A program made the position numbers and the translations under genes. A stretch of DNA of 61,325 nt from assembly GCA_964610885.1 (NCBI GenBank), contig CAZSWR010000006.1, positions 1 through 61,325 on the forward strand, given 5' to 3'. The DNA comes from an uncultured Hyphomicrobiales bacterium (lineage in GTDB: Bacteria > Bacteroidota > Ignavibacteria > Kapaibacteriales > UBA2268). Positions 46,709 through 56,087 of this stretch are shown piece by piece; the stretch's first letter is position 1, and every line of letters starts with the position of its first letter. Below the pieces are notes generated by a model that worked only from the letters and a program-made list of their open reading frames with translations, did no database searches and had not been told where the DNA came from.

Positions 46709-47917
46709 TTATTTTTTTGCCTCGCGGTCGCATTTTCCGATGCGATATTTGGTTGTTGTGCGCGTAAAGTCTTTCATTTCAACCTTCTTCGCGGGGTCGA
46801 ACTTGCCGTCGTAGCTGCCCTGGCGCACCAAAACTGTTTTCTCGCCGTTCTCAAACTTTTCCACAATCGTTTCGCGGGCCGAGCATCTCTCCTGCCCGTA
46901 GCAATAGCTTTTCTCGAATATCGAGGCTTCCATGGGGCGAACCTTCAGTTTGTGCGCCGGGCGAATCCATTTGTATTCTTTCTCGCTGTGCAAGCGGTCG
47001 AACTGCTTTGTTTCCGGTGTATATTTCATATCGGCAATCTTGGCAATCATTCCATCGGCGCCGTAAGTGAAAGTGATTTTGGAATTAGCTTCCGAGATCG
47101 AGTCGCGCTTTTCGTTCGAATAACCTGTCATGGCGATGATGTTGCCCTTCGAGTCCTTGTCCACTTTGTACCATTCGCTGTCGGGGTCGTGTTGGCAATC
47201 GGGGCGCGAAATCTTGAACGTGGCGGGGTAGCCGTCTGCGTCGAAAGTAGTCTCCACCGAAAGAGCAATCGAACCTGCCTTGGCTCCGGTTTCTTCGTCG
47301 TCCGTGGGGAAGTATTGTGTGCGTTTTTCCACGACCGAGTACACCGGGAAATTGCCTTTGGGCCTGGAATTCTTGGCGGGAAGCATGCGCAGAACGAAAT
47401 AATCGACAAGCTTGTTGCCGTCAGTGTTTTTGTATTCGGCATCGGTGCTGAATCGGGACACTTCCTGGCTCAGAAGCCAGCCGTTTGCGTCATAGTTGTT
47501 CTTTACTTTCATCACAAGCGCCTCGGGCTTCATCTCGCCTTCGTAAACATCTTTGGAGAGCAATTCGTAAGTATCCTTCGAATAGACGGGCACTACGATC
47601 TCGGTCGTCAGCGTGGCGTGGTCGGTGATGATTTCCTTTGTGGGCAGCCGGTCGGCTCCGAGTTCGCGTTCGATGGTTTTCGTAGCATTGCCGGCGCTAT
47701 CCTTGTAGATTGCTTTTTTCCAGAAATAATCAGTATCATTTTCGTATTCGTAGCTGACAAATTCCTTCTCGGACGGTACCCCGTCGATGTAGTTCTGAAC
47801 GGTCTCGTCGGTAACGAACATCAATTCGTTGCCACGCTCCTCCACGGCAGGCTGTTTTTTGCAGGCAAGCGAAACTAAGCATAATGCCGCAATTGCGAGT
47901 AACTTAATGAATCTCAT
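46709..47917 (-). CDS. Hypothetical lipoprotein
   Basis: Lipobox LVSLAC. 402 aa, no recognised domain. Confidence 0.6.
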   Translation of the reverse strand: MRFIKLLAIAALCLVSLACKKQPAVEERGNELMFVTDETVQNYIDGVPSEKEFVSYEYENDTDYFWKKAIYKDSAGNATKTIERELGADRLPTKEIITDHATLTTEIVVPVYSKDTYELLSKDVYEGEMKPEALVMKVKNNYDANGWLLSQEVSRFSTDAEYKNTDGNKLVDYFVLRMLPAKNSRPKGNFPVYSVVEKRTQYFPTDDEETGAKAGSIALSVETTFDADGYPATFKISRPDCQHDPDSEWYKVDKDSKGNIIAMTGYSNEKRDSISEANSKITFTYGADGMIAKIADMKYTPETKQFDRLHSEKEYKWIRPAHKLKVRPMEASIFEKSYCYGQERCSARETIVEKFENGEKTVLVRQGSYDGKFDPAKKVEMKDFTRTTTKYRIGKCDREAKK

Positions 47918-48178
47918 GCAAATTCCTCAGTATAATATTAAATATTTCACATTGTTAATCAATATCGAAATTTTATCTTCGTTTAATCATTATTTATTTT
48001 TTATATTTCATTTTTTGAAATTGTAAATAATGACCCAACAAATTGAAAACAAAAAAACGAAATATTCGGCTAAATGCCAAGCTATATTTTTAAGTAACAA
48101 TTTTCGGTTTCGTATGTTAATAGCATAATGTTGGCGATCGAACAATCGCAAAAGTAAAAGTGACAGGGAAAAATATTC

Positions 48179-49300
48179 ATGGTTAAGTTTTTGATAATTA
48201 TGGCCGGACTGGGCGGCGGGGTGCTTCTGGGGATGCTGCCGCGGCTGTATGCGCCTTGGGGGCGCTTGCGGACGTGGATCCTGGTGGTGTGGATTGCAAT
48301 TTCTGCCTGCGCCACGCTCGTCCCGCCAATTGCTACCGATCTCGAAACGCTCCAAGGGCTTTCCTCGATGGGCCAGCAGGAGCCGATCAACGCGAGTTTC
48401 TATATAACAGGCACCATAGAAGTTATAAGAGAGCTATGGGATACGTCACATGCCAAACCATCGCGATTCCTTAAAATTAGATCTACTCCTGAAACTTCCG
48501 GCAAAGAATACAATCTCATTCTGCCAGAGGATTCTGAATTGTTCGAGTGCGCCAAAGAACCGAAAAAGGAAATCTTTGCAAAGCTCAGCTATAGCCCGGA
48601 AGAGAAGCACTTTCACTTCGTCAGCTTGGAGAGCATCGATCCTTGGGTCGTCCTGCCATACGTCCCCGGGCTGGGCGAGAGGATGCGGATCATCAATTTC
48701 CACGTGCCGGTCGCTTGGGTGGCCGTCCTGGCCTACCTTTTCTCCATGGTGTATTCGATAATGTACTTGCGCCGCCGCGACCCGGATTTGGACGCGAAAG
48801 CCGCATCCGCCGCTGCGCTGGGCACAGTGTTTTGCATACTTGCCACTGTGAGCGGCATGATCTGGGCGAAATTCAATTGGGGCGCGTATTGGAACTGGGA
48901 TCCACGGGAGACATCCATTTTCATGCTCCTGTTGATCTATGCAGCATATTTCACTCTCCGCTCGGCAATTGCCACCGACGACGCCCGCGCACGCCTCAGC
49001 GCCGTCTATAACGTGTTGGCCGCCGTTACCGTGCCTTTCTTCATCTTCATCCTGCCGAGGATTACTTCTGGCCTGCATCCGGGCGCGGCCGGCGAAGAGA
49101 CAACCGGGCCAATCCTCAGCGCGCAATCCGAGATGATGAACATCGTCAAGCAAATCACATTCGCCCTGGCTTTGGGCGGCTTCACGGCGCTATTCCTGCG
49201 TTTGCAAAACGCACTCTACCGCACTCGGCGTATCGGCGAGCTGATTAACGAAGCCGAAGATCAGGATTTCCAACGAATTACCAACAAGGAAGGAAAATAA
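48179..49300 (+). CDS. ccmC: Heme exporter/handling protein CcmC with a ~110-150-aa N-terminal extension
   Basis: The core carries FHVPVAW (His ligand), the W-rich motif WGAYWNWDPRETS, and a second His in SGLHPG. Two extra TM helices plus a soluble segment precede the core. Confidence 0.8.
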   Translation: MVKFLIIMAGLGGGVLLGMLPRLYAPWGRLRTWILVVWIAISACATLVPPIATDLETLQGLSSMGQQEPINASFYITGTIEVIRELWDTSHAKPSRFLKIRSTPETSGKEYNLILPEDSELFECAKEPKKEIFAKLSYSPEEKHFHFVSLESIDPWVVLPYVPGLGERMRIINFHVPVAWVAVLAYLFSMVYSIMYLRRRDPDLDAKAASAAALGTVFCILATVSGMIWAKFNWGAYWNWDPRETSIFMLLLIYAAYFTLRSAIATDDARARLSAVYNVLAAVTVPFFIFILPRITSGLHPGAAGEETTGPILSAQSEMMNIVKQITFALALGGFTALFLRLQNALYRTRRIGELINEAEDQDFQRITNKEGK

Positions 49301-49459
49301 ATGATACATTTCCTCGAACAGAACCAATTGCTTATAGTCCTCGCGATTGTCCTCGTCGTCTGGGCTGGAATATCCATTATTCTATTCGCAATCGAGTCCA
49401 AATTGAAAAAAGCTGAGGCCAGGTTGGACGCCTTGGCCATGAACAACAAAAAGAATTGA
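49301..49459 (+). CDS. ccmD: CcmD-like small membrane protein (not in the ORF track, 52 aa)
   Basis: The ATG immediately follows the ccmC stop. Translation is MIHFLEQNQLLIVLAIVLVVWAGISIILFAIESKLKKAEARLDALAMNNKKN: a single TM plus a basic tail, in the canonical position between ccmC and ccmE. Confidence 0.6.
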   Translation: MIHFLEQNQLLIVLAIVLVVWAGISIILFAIESKLKKAEARLDALAMNNKKN

Positions 49460-49479
49460 ATCAATTTAGCAATCGAGAT

Positions 49480-49884
49480 ATGAAACTAAAATTCATCATA
49501 CCGGGCGTGCTGGCAATTGCATTGATAATTGTTGCTGCAATTTCTATCGGCAAAAACCGAATCGAATATTCCGATTTCCGCTCGGCCCGCTCCGGCACCA
49601 AAACCGTGCAAGTGATCGGCTCTTGGGTGCGCGAAAAGCCAACAAACTACGCCCCCGAACAGAACGAATTCACTTTTACGATGAAAGACGGGAACGGAGA
49701 CGAAGCCCAAGTTGTGTTCGCTGGCGCCATGCCGCAAACCTTCACCGCGGCCACTTCGATTGTCGTGAAAGGAAAATTCGCCGGCGACCACTTCGCAGCG
49801 ACCGAATTGCTCACCAAGTGCCCATCGAAATACGAGGGCCAAGGCACAGAACATCCCGGCGCAGTAGAAAAAGAAGCCAAATAG
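49480..49884 (+). CDS. ccmE: Heme chaperone CcmE, Cys-type (CxxxY) variant
   Basis: N-terminal anchor and an OB-fold-like body (VQVIGSWV...FTFTMKDGNG...VVKGKF). LTKCPSKYEG sits where canonical CcmE has (A)KHDENY. Confidence 0.8.
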   Translation: MKLKFIIPGVLAIALIIVAAISIGKNRIEYSDFRSARSGTKTVQVIGSWVREKPTNYAPEQNEFTFTMKDGNGDEAQVVFAGAMPQTFTAATSIVVKGKFAGDHFAATELLTKCPSKYEGQGTEHPGAVEKEAK

Positions 49885-49889
49885 CGCTT

Positions 49890-49960
49890 CGCCTGGCTCA
49901 GTACTTCTGGGCAAGCTCAGTAACCGTACTTCGACAGGCTCAGCAACCGGACTTTCTTAT
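49890..49960 (+). repeat. Intercistronic GCTCAG(T/C)AAC triple repeat between ccmE and ccmF
   Basis: GCTCAG occurs at 49896, 49915 and 49938 within TGGCTCAGTAC / AAGCTCAGTAACCGTAC / GGCTCAGCAACCGGAC. Confidence 0.6.
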
Positions 49961-49989
49961 GAATGTATTGCAAAGAGAAGGAAATAAAT

Positions 49990-52509
49990 ATGTTTGGTAA
50001 GGCTTTAATTTCAATTTTGGCATCGATTTCGGGCATTTCCGCCCTGATATATTTGATTAAGTCTTTCGCGGCCCAGGGCAAGAAGTTCGCGCCGGACGGC
50101 CAGCGCAAGGATATTTCGCTCGCTGTGGCCCGATACTCTATGTTTCTGGTTTTCGCAGGTATAATCATGGCCAGCGGTTTCTTGATGTACCAGATCATCA
50201 ACCACAATTTCTCCTTTGCATACGTATTCAGCAATTCATCTCGGAATATGCCATTCGCGCTCCTGCTGTCCACATTTTACGCCGGCCAGGAAGGCTCTTT
50301 CCTGCTGTGGCTGTTGTTCTTTGCCGCCACGGGGTACGTACTCTTCCCCAAGGCTCGGAAGCAAGACCTGGAGCTGCCTGTGATGGGCTTTTTCATGCTG
50401 ATCGTTACTTTTCTTCTGTTACTACTAATAATTAAAAGCCCGTTCAATTTCTTCTGGGAATCGTTTCCTCAGGGCGCCAAGCCCGGCATGTTCCCGCAGG
50501 AAGGGCGCGGCATGAACCCAATCTTAGAAAATTATTGGATGGTCATCCATCCGCCGATTCTGTTCATCGGCTACACGTTCCTTGCGGTTCCGTTTGTCTA
50601 TGCACTTTCGGCACTGATGAAAGGCGAATACAGCAAATGGATCGATCACGCCAAACCATGGATACTCGCATCGGGCGCGGTTTTGGGCGCGGGGCTGATG
50701 CTCGGCGGATTCTGGGCATACGAGACGCTGGGCTGGGGTGGTTTTTGGGGCTGGGATCCGGTCGAAAACTCCTCGCTCGTGCCGTGGATCGTGGCCGTTG
50801 CGCTGACCCATACCATATCCATTCAGAGGAAAACCGAGGCATTGAAGCGGACGAACCTCGCGCTGGCGCTGATGGCGTTCTGCTTGGTGGTTTACGCCGT
50901 GTTCCTCACCCGTAGCGGCGTGTTGAGCGATGCGTCTGTGCATTCGTTCGAGAACCCCGGCAGCGAGCTTTCGTCGCTACTTTTGGCGTTCCTCGAGTCT
51001 GTGCTGGCCATTTCCTTGGCGATGTTCGTTTACCGGTTCCGGCAAATCAAAAGCCCGGCACTGGCCAACCAAGCCTCTTCTCGCGAGTTCATGCTTGCCT
51101 TGGGGACGGCATTCGTCGTAGCGCTCGGAGCATTAATCATAATCGGTACGTCGATGCCATTGCTGTCTTCCGATGGCGTGGGCCGCGCAATCTCCGGCGT
51201 GGGAGACATAGGCATTTCGATTTTTGGCGCGGTAATCATTGTATTGATTTATTCATTCTTTAAAACAAAATCAACCGCTGTTTTCAAGTCTTTTTTGGCT
51301 ATTTCAATCACCTTTTCTGTATTGTTGGTGGTTTCGTTGCCGCTTATTGCCAAGCTAACAATTGGCGGCCACGGGGCAACGATCGATACGGTTTTCTACA
51401 ACCAATGGACTCTCCCGATCGCAATAGCACTGCTTCTGTCGATTGCCCTAACCGTATATTTGAACTGGGGCAGTACCAGCACTGGGACGATTATCCGCCG
51501 ATTGATTGCGCCCGTTATTGTGGCAGCAGTTGCCACGGCACTGGCGTCCGGCGCTGGGCTGAGCGGACTGGCAAACGTCCTGCTCTTCTTCGCGGCGGTG
51601 GCTGCGCTGGCGGCGAACCTCGAGATAATTGCCAGGAAATTGATCAAATCGCCGAGATCGCTCGGGGCATATATCACTCACGTTGGCGTGGCAGTGATGA
51701 TGCTCGGAGTGCTGGCGAGCGGCATCTATTCCGAATCGAAAACCGTTAGTTTGGTGCAAAACGAACCCCGCGAAGCTCTCGGGCTTAGCCTGCTTTTCAC
51801 GGGCAGCGAAGAATTGAAACTGCCCCGAAACGACCGCCAGACCTTTGCTTTCAATATCGAAGCCACTCGCCGAGGCGAAAAATTCTCGATCCGGCCCGAG
51901 GTCTATTATAGCGACTTCAACGGCCGCCGCGACCCATTCTTCGAGCCGGGCATCGATGGCGGAATCGCCGAAGACGTCTATATCTCGCCGAAAAGCTCGG
52001 ACAACAAGTACCAGCTTGAGCTATCGAAAGACGTGCCCGCAAAGATGCCCACGGACACCGCAACCACAATCCGCTTGGGCGGCTTCGACCTCGGGGATAT
52101 GGAATCGGCCGGCCAAGACTCGCTTATTAAAGTCGGGGCGATTGTCTTCTACCGCAATCCGCAGTCAGAATCTGTCGATACGCTCTACACGAAAATGAAC
52201 CTCGAGACGATGGAATGCTTCCCAGTTTGGAAGAAGCTGGACGGCTCCGACCTGCTTATCGGATTTACTCATTTCCGTCCGGACCAAACGAAATTATCAA
52301 TGTCGCAGGTGGAGATTTCATTGGCCGAGGGCAGCCCGGATGCGCCGAAACCGCTCTCCGCCGAAGTTTTCACGGTCGAGGTGGCCCGCAAACCTTTTGT
52401 TAGCCTGGTATGGGCGGGCGTGGTGTTGGTCGTCTTGGGCTATTTCTGGGCTATGTTCAAAAAAAGCAAAACGAGAGCCAATGAGCCATTGCAATCTGAA
52501 AATAATTAA
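49990..52509 (+). CDS. ccmF: Cytochrome c heme lyase subunit CcmF
   Basis: W-rich motif WGGFWGWDPVENSS, multiple TM helices and conserved His residues. About 839 aa from ATG 49990 (GAAGGA upstream). Confidence 0.88.
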   Translation: MFGKALISILASISGISALIYLIKSFAAQGKKFAPDGQRKDISLAVARYSMFLVFAGIIMASGFLMYQIINHNFSFAYVFSNSSRNMPFALLLSTFYAGQEGSFLLWLLFFAATGYVLFPKARKQDLELPVMGFFMLIVTFLLLLLIIKSPFNFFWESFPQGAKPGMFPQEGRGMNPILENYWMVIHPPILFIGYTFLAVPFVYALSALMKGEYSKWIDHAKPWILASGAVLGAGLMLGGFWAYETLGWGGFWGWDPVENSSLVPWIVAVALTHTISIQRKTEALKRTNLALALMAFCLVVYAVFLTRSGVLSDASVHSFENPGSELSSLLLAFLESVLAISLAMFVYRFRQIKSPALANQASSREFMLALGTAFVVALGALIIIGTSMPLLSSDGVGRAISGVGDIGISIFGAVIIVLIYSFFKTKSTAVFKSFLAISITFSVLLVVSLPLIAKLTIGGHGATIDTVFYNQWTLPIAIALLLSIALTVYLNWGSTSTGTIIRRLIAPVIVAAVATALASGAGLSGLANVLLFFAAVAALAANLEIIARKLIKSPRSLGAYITHVGVAVMMLGVLASGIYSESKTVSLVQNEPREALGLSLLFTGSEELKLPRNDRQTFAFNIEATRRGEKFSIRPEVYYSDFNGRRDPFFEPGIDGGIAEDVYISPKSSDNKYQLELSKDVPAKMPTDTATTIRLGGFDLGDMESAGQDSLIKVGAIVFYRNPQSESVDTLYTKMNLETMECFPVWKKLDGSDLLIGFTHFRPDQTKLSMSQVEISLAEGSPDAPKPLSAEVFTVEVARKPFVSLVWAGVVLVVLGYFWAMFKKSKTRANEPLQSENN

Positions 52510-52551
52510 AATCATTAAGACGCAATTTATAAAAACTCAAATAGTTCATTA

Positions 52552-52664
52552 GAAAAACCCTCAACCCTCAAATCCCTTTCTCCCAAAGGGCGACGAGGGA
52601 CTTTCATAAAAAACGTTTTCTTACTACCTTCTCCCGTCGGGAGAAGGGTTGGGGATGAGGGTAT
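52552..52664 (-). repeat. Interspersed repeat family E, copy without the nested element
   Basis: The reverse complement aligns with 1519-1583 plus 1718-1738. Confidence 0.75.
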
Positions 52665-52709
52665 AGAATGTATTTTCATATTTTTTAATGAATAATCCAG
52701 GTTAAACTC

Positions 52710-53144
52710 ATGATCAATAAAAACAAAGAAGCAGAAATCGAAGAAGTCATTCAGGAACTCTCGCAAAGATACCCCGAAAAAGAGGTCAGGAACCAGGCCA
52801 AAGCGCAAGGGAAATATATCGATAATATCATGACGATTGGTAACATAATAAGCGCTTCGATGCTAATAGCTGGCGTCATCGCGTGGCAGATAGGAATCCT
52901 TTTCGATGTGGCTTGGTTGAACGAATGGATGGTTCCGATTGTATTTTCTTCAGTCGTTTACCTTGCAATTCCAGACAGAATCAAGACAGGGAATTGGTTC
53001 TATGCAGTGTTTTTATTCTCGCTCTTGATGTCAGTTGTTCTCGGCCACACGTATCAGGTATCGCATTTCTATACACTTTTGGTTGCCGAGCTGATTGTGG
53101 AACGAGTGAGCCACCGGATGCGTTCGCGCAGTCAGCACCATTGA
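52710..53144 (+). CDS. Hypothetical membrane protein
   Basis: 144 aa with 3-4 hydrophobic helices after a charged N-terminus. Confidence 0.5.
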   Translation: MINKNKEAEIEEVIQELSQRYPEKEVRNQAKAQGKYIDNIMTIGNIISASMLIAGVIAWQIGILFDVAWLNEWMVPIVFSSVVYLAIPDRIKTGNWFYAVFLFSLLMSVVLGHTYQVSHFYTLLVAELIVERVSHRMRSRSQHH

Positions 53145-53219
53145 TTAAGCTGATTAATATGATTAAAATGAAGAAAGCAAGAAAATGTCTGAACTTTGAT
53201 TAAGCTGATTAATATGATT
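53141..53219 (+). repeat. 24-bp perfect direct repeat TTGATTAAGCTGATTAATATGATT (x2)
   Basis: Copies at 53141-53164 (covering the preceding stop codon) and 53196-53219. A related copy is at 55446-55477. Confidence 0.8.
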
Positions 53220-53644
53220 TCCTCTATGAATTCGGGTGTTTATGTCATTCCCGCGCACGCGGGAATCTCCTTTTGCCCGAAAGCAAATTGACTGAACAGT
53301 GAATCCATAAAAAAAGAATTCAATTCTTCTGTAGGGGCGGGTTCCAAACCCGCCCGATAATATAAATGATATAGGACAATTAAAGATATTCAGGTAGGTA
53401 TCATACAATCCCGAGGGTACGTCATGCAGTGCCCTTCGATCTCAATAGGCACAATTAACCTTATCAACCCTCCCAAACCTTCATAGCACTCCCCCGGAGT
53501 CCAACCCATGAAAATGACCTTGTTATCTTATTAAATGAAAGTAAATAAGGTAAGAAGGTTGGTTTAAAAATCGTATATGCTATTAAGGTTGGGGAAGATG
53601 ATAAGGTTTGGAGGTTTCTTGTAAATAGGAATTTCTGTCCGATT

Positions 53645-53821
53645 GATACCGCGTTAGCGGTTGTTATATTGTAGTAATATTTTATCCCTTGCAAGTTATA
53701 CCGCGTAGCGGTTGTTATAATACTCGGCTCCGAAGTAACCAAGCATATAGAACATTCGCTACGCGAAATCTTGTCATAACAATCATGCTATATGCTACAA
53801 TACAACAACCGCTACGCGGTA
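53645..53821 (+). mobile_element. TIR-bounded repeat (family B), uninterrupted copy
   Basis: ATACCGCGTTAGCGGTTGTTATATTGTAGTA ... TGCTACAATACAACAACCGCTACGCGGTAT. An internal extra half-site lies at 53697-53725. Confidence 0.75.
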
Positions 53822-54087
53822 TTATAACATTTCCTCGATGAAAGCTAATTGATAAAAACTGTATGAGCCAAGTAACCACCCGACATAGGATGAGATTCCC
53901 GCCTGCGCGAGAATGACAAGAAAATTCCAATATTTATTTCTTTGCCATTTGAAATTAATTTCATAAATTCCAATATCAAACAATGCTTCTGCCCAAATCG
54001 GGTAATTCATGTGTTATTCGATTTAAGTAGTTGATAATTTATTTTTGGCTGCTTCGATGTTTTTTATGATTCGAAGGATCGAGTTTT

Positions 54088-55434
54088 ATGAAAAAGTTAT
54101 TGGTTTTATTTGCTTTTATCGTGTGTGGCGCGCTCGCCCAAGCCGCCGCCCCAAACGACGTGGATACCGTTTGGATGCGGTGGATGTACGATATTACCGA
54201 TATCTGCTGGAGTCCAGACGATTCCACAATTGCAGCCTTTGATGGATATGATCAAAAGGTAAACTTTATCGATCCCCGAAACGGCAATATAAAAAAGCAA
54301 ATGCCGGCGCCTTACGCCTTTTACGGTGCTCAGTATTCAAAAGATGGATCTTTTGTATTATTGAACGAAGGAGGCGGGAATTACTATCCAACCACTCCAT
54401 ATTTGATCTATACAAAAACTTATGAACCGAGGTCAGACTTCGAGAATCCGGGAACACCATCGCGCTACTACGCTCTTTCGCCTGATAACAAAATCGCTGC
54501 CGCTTCGGAGGATGGCACCACAATTCGAATATGGGACGTGGAAACGGGTAAGATTATAAAAACTAAAGTATTCGGATCACATTTCGATTCCACCAAGTGG
54601 GTTGCCGAATGGAAACGCGAAGCCGTGGTGAACGTAAGCTACACCGGCGATGGCAAATACTTGCTGATTACTACAGATAGCGTAAAAAAATACTTCGACA
54701 AGGTATATATCGATCGGCCTTACTATGGGCACTTATATTGGGTCGATACGGCTACTTTGGAGATTGAATGTGTGTTTCGCAGTGGAGATGGAAAATTGTT
54801 GGACGCGAAGCCATCAAAAACAAACAAGTATATCGCATTGAATTATCTTCTATATCATAATGGAAATGTAAATGTCCAGATTTATGATAGCAAATCAAGA
54901 GAATTTGTGTATTATATAAACAATATCAATACTAATGGTATTTGCTTTACATCAGACGACAAATACGTTTTTGCAATAGATAATTCTGCAAGCCCTGATG
55001 AAAGGATTCAAGTTTGGGATATTGTTAATCAGAAAAAAGTGCATACCTATCCTGGATCAAGCTATTATTCAACAATAGCATTAAACAGTAACGACAGCCT
55101 TTTGATTGCATCCAGCGGTTCGAATCTAATCCTTTATCGTTTCAATCGATTATTAGACGTAGAGCAAGAAAACACCATCCCTACCTCGATCACATATCCC
55201 AACCCAACGCATAGCCAAGTCAATATCGAATTCTCTCTTACGAGGGCCGCCACAACGAAAGTAGAAATATTGGATATGGCAGGAAAATCACTAAATACAG
55301 TAGCTGATGAAATGATGGCAGAAGGCTCGCATACACTAACGTCCGACTTAGCAGGTTTGCCTACCGGCACTTACTTCATTCGTATTTCGAGCGCCGGAAA
55401 CACTTCTACATCTAAATTTGTAATAAACAAGTAG
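54088..55434 (+). CDS. WD40-like beta-propeller protein with T9SS C-terminal sorting domain
   Basis: Signal peptide. IRIWDVETGK / IQVWDIVNQKK WD-like blades. C-terminus ITYPNPTHSQVNIEF...LPTGTYFIRI. Confidence 0.8.
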   Translation: MKKLLVLFAFIVCGALAQAAAPNDVDTVWMRWMYDITDICWSPDDSTIAAFDGYDQKVNFIDPRNGNIKKQMPAPYAFYGAQYSKDGSFVLLNEGGGNYYPTTPYLIYTKTYEPRSDFENPGTPSRYYALSPDNKIAAASEDGTTIRIWDVETGKIIKTKVFGSHFDSTKWVAEWKREAVVNVSYTGDGKYLLITTDSVKKYFDKVYIDRPYYGHLYWVDTATLEIECVFRSGDGKLLDAKPSKTNKYIALNYLLYHNGNVNVQIYDSKSREFVYYINNINTNGICFTSDDKYVFAIDNSASPDERIQVWDIVNQKKVHTYPGSSYYSTIALNSNDSLLIASSGSNLILYRFNRLLDVEQENTIPTSITYPNPTHSQVNIEFSLTRAATTKVEILDMAGKSLNTVADEMMAEGSHTLTSDLAGLPTGTYFIRISSAGNTSTSKFVINK

Positions 55435-55445
55435 AGGTCTGCACG

Positions 55446-55477
55446 TTGATTAACCTGATTAATCTGATGAAAATGAA
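55446..55477 (+). repeat. Copy of the TTGATTAA(G/C)CTGATTAAT repeat
   Basis: TTGATTAACCTGATTAATCTGATGAAAATGAA, starting 12 bp after the T9SS cargo gene stop. Confidence 0.7.
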
Positions 55478-56087
55478 AATGTAGAAAGTATGCCGTGCAA
55501 CCATAAAAATCAATTTAATCAGTGGTTCAGACAATTGAAAGGGAAGTAATTCTTGGCCCCAATGATGAATTCAGAATATTCTATTAGTAAATATTGTACA
55601 AAATCTGGTTCAAACGGTGACGAGGTTTGTAAAATCTTATCGAGTTTGATTACGTCGAACGACCGTAAAGGAGTCAAGTAGGCTACAGTCGTTCATACGA
55701 TTGTATGCTGAGGTCACCCACTTTTTTTCCTTTTCGTCGAATACTTGCACCTCGGTTGTTTTATCCGGTTTTGTGATGGTTCTATATTTCGGTTCTTCTT
55801 TCATGTTTCGCTTTTAGTTCAATAAACAATATTGGCAATATAGAAACAATTATGGATAATCCCAAATTATTCAATAGACTATTCTTCATAGTTATAAAGT
55901 CAATCTCTGACTATAGTTAAAATTAGTCAGGAATTCTCCCCTGCTTGGCGAGGAGGGCAAGGGGATGTGTCATAAATTAAATAATTTGCAGCGTGTTTTG
56001 TCTTTCAAATGCACAATTTGGATTTAGAACATTGACTTTCTCGGTGCGGCCCAGCCCTTGAGCAGGGCGGCACATTGAAAAATCTTA

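Noticed and set aside
52586-52604. RNase P-like GAAAGTCCC string on the minus strand.
   Set aside because: It is part of repeat family E, at the position homologous to the family-A terminus. None of the other universally conserved RNase P helices is nearby.
53645-53821. Family B element as an invertible promoter (phase-variation switch) for the downstream T9SS cargo gene.
   Set aside because: No site-specific recombinase gene is in the window. The same element occurs at 3815-4110 in a non-promoter context. No promoter motif is evident inside it.
55114-55126. tRNA T-arm-like GGTTCGAATC string, with similar strings at 27324 and 43913.
   Set aside because: Each is embedded in a well-supported CDS. 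None has flanking acceptor, D or anticodon arm complementarity. No tRNA gene is supported anywhere in the window.
55637-55804. 55-aa minus-strand ORF (MKEEPKYRTITKPDKTTEVQVFDEKEKKWVTSAYNRMNDCSLLDSFTVVRRNQTR) in the spacer between the T9SS cargo gene and recR.
   Set aside because: No ribosome-binding site and no recognisable motif, and it is below the ORF-track cutoff. It is plausible as a small protein but not supportable from sequence alone.
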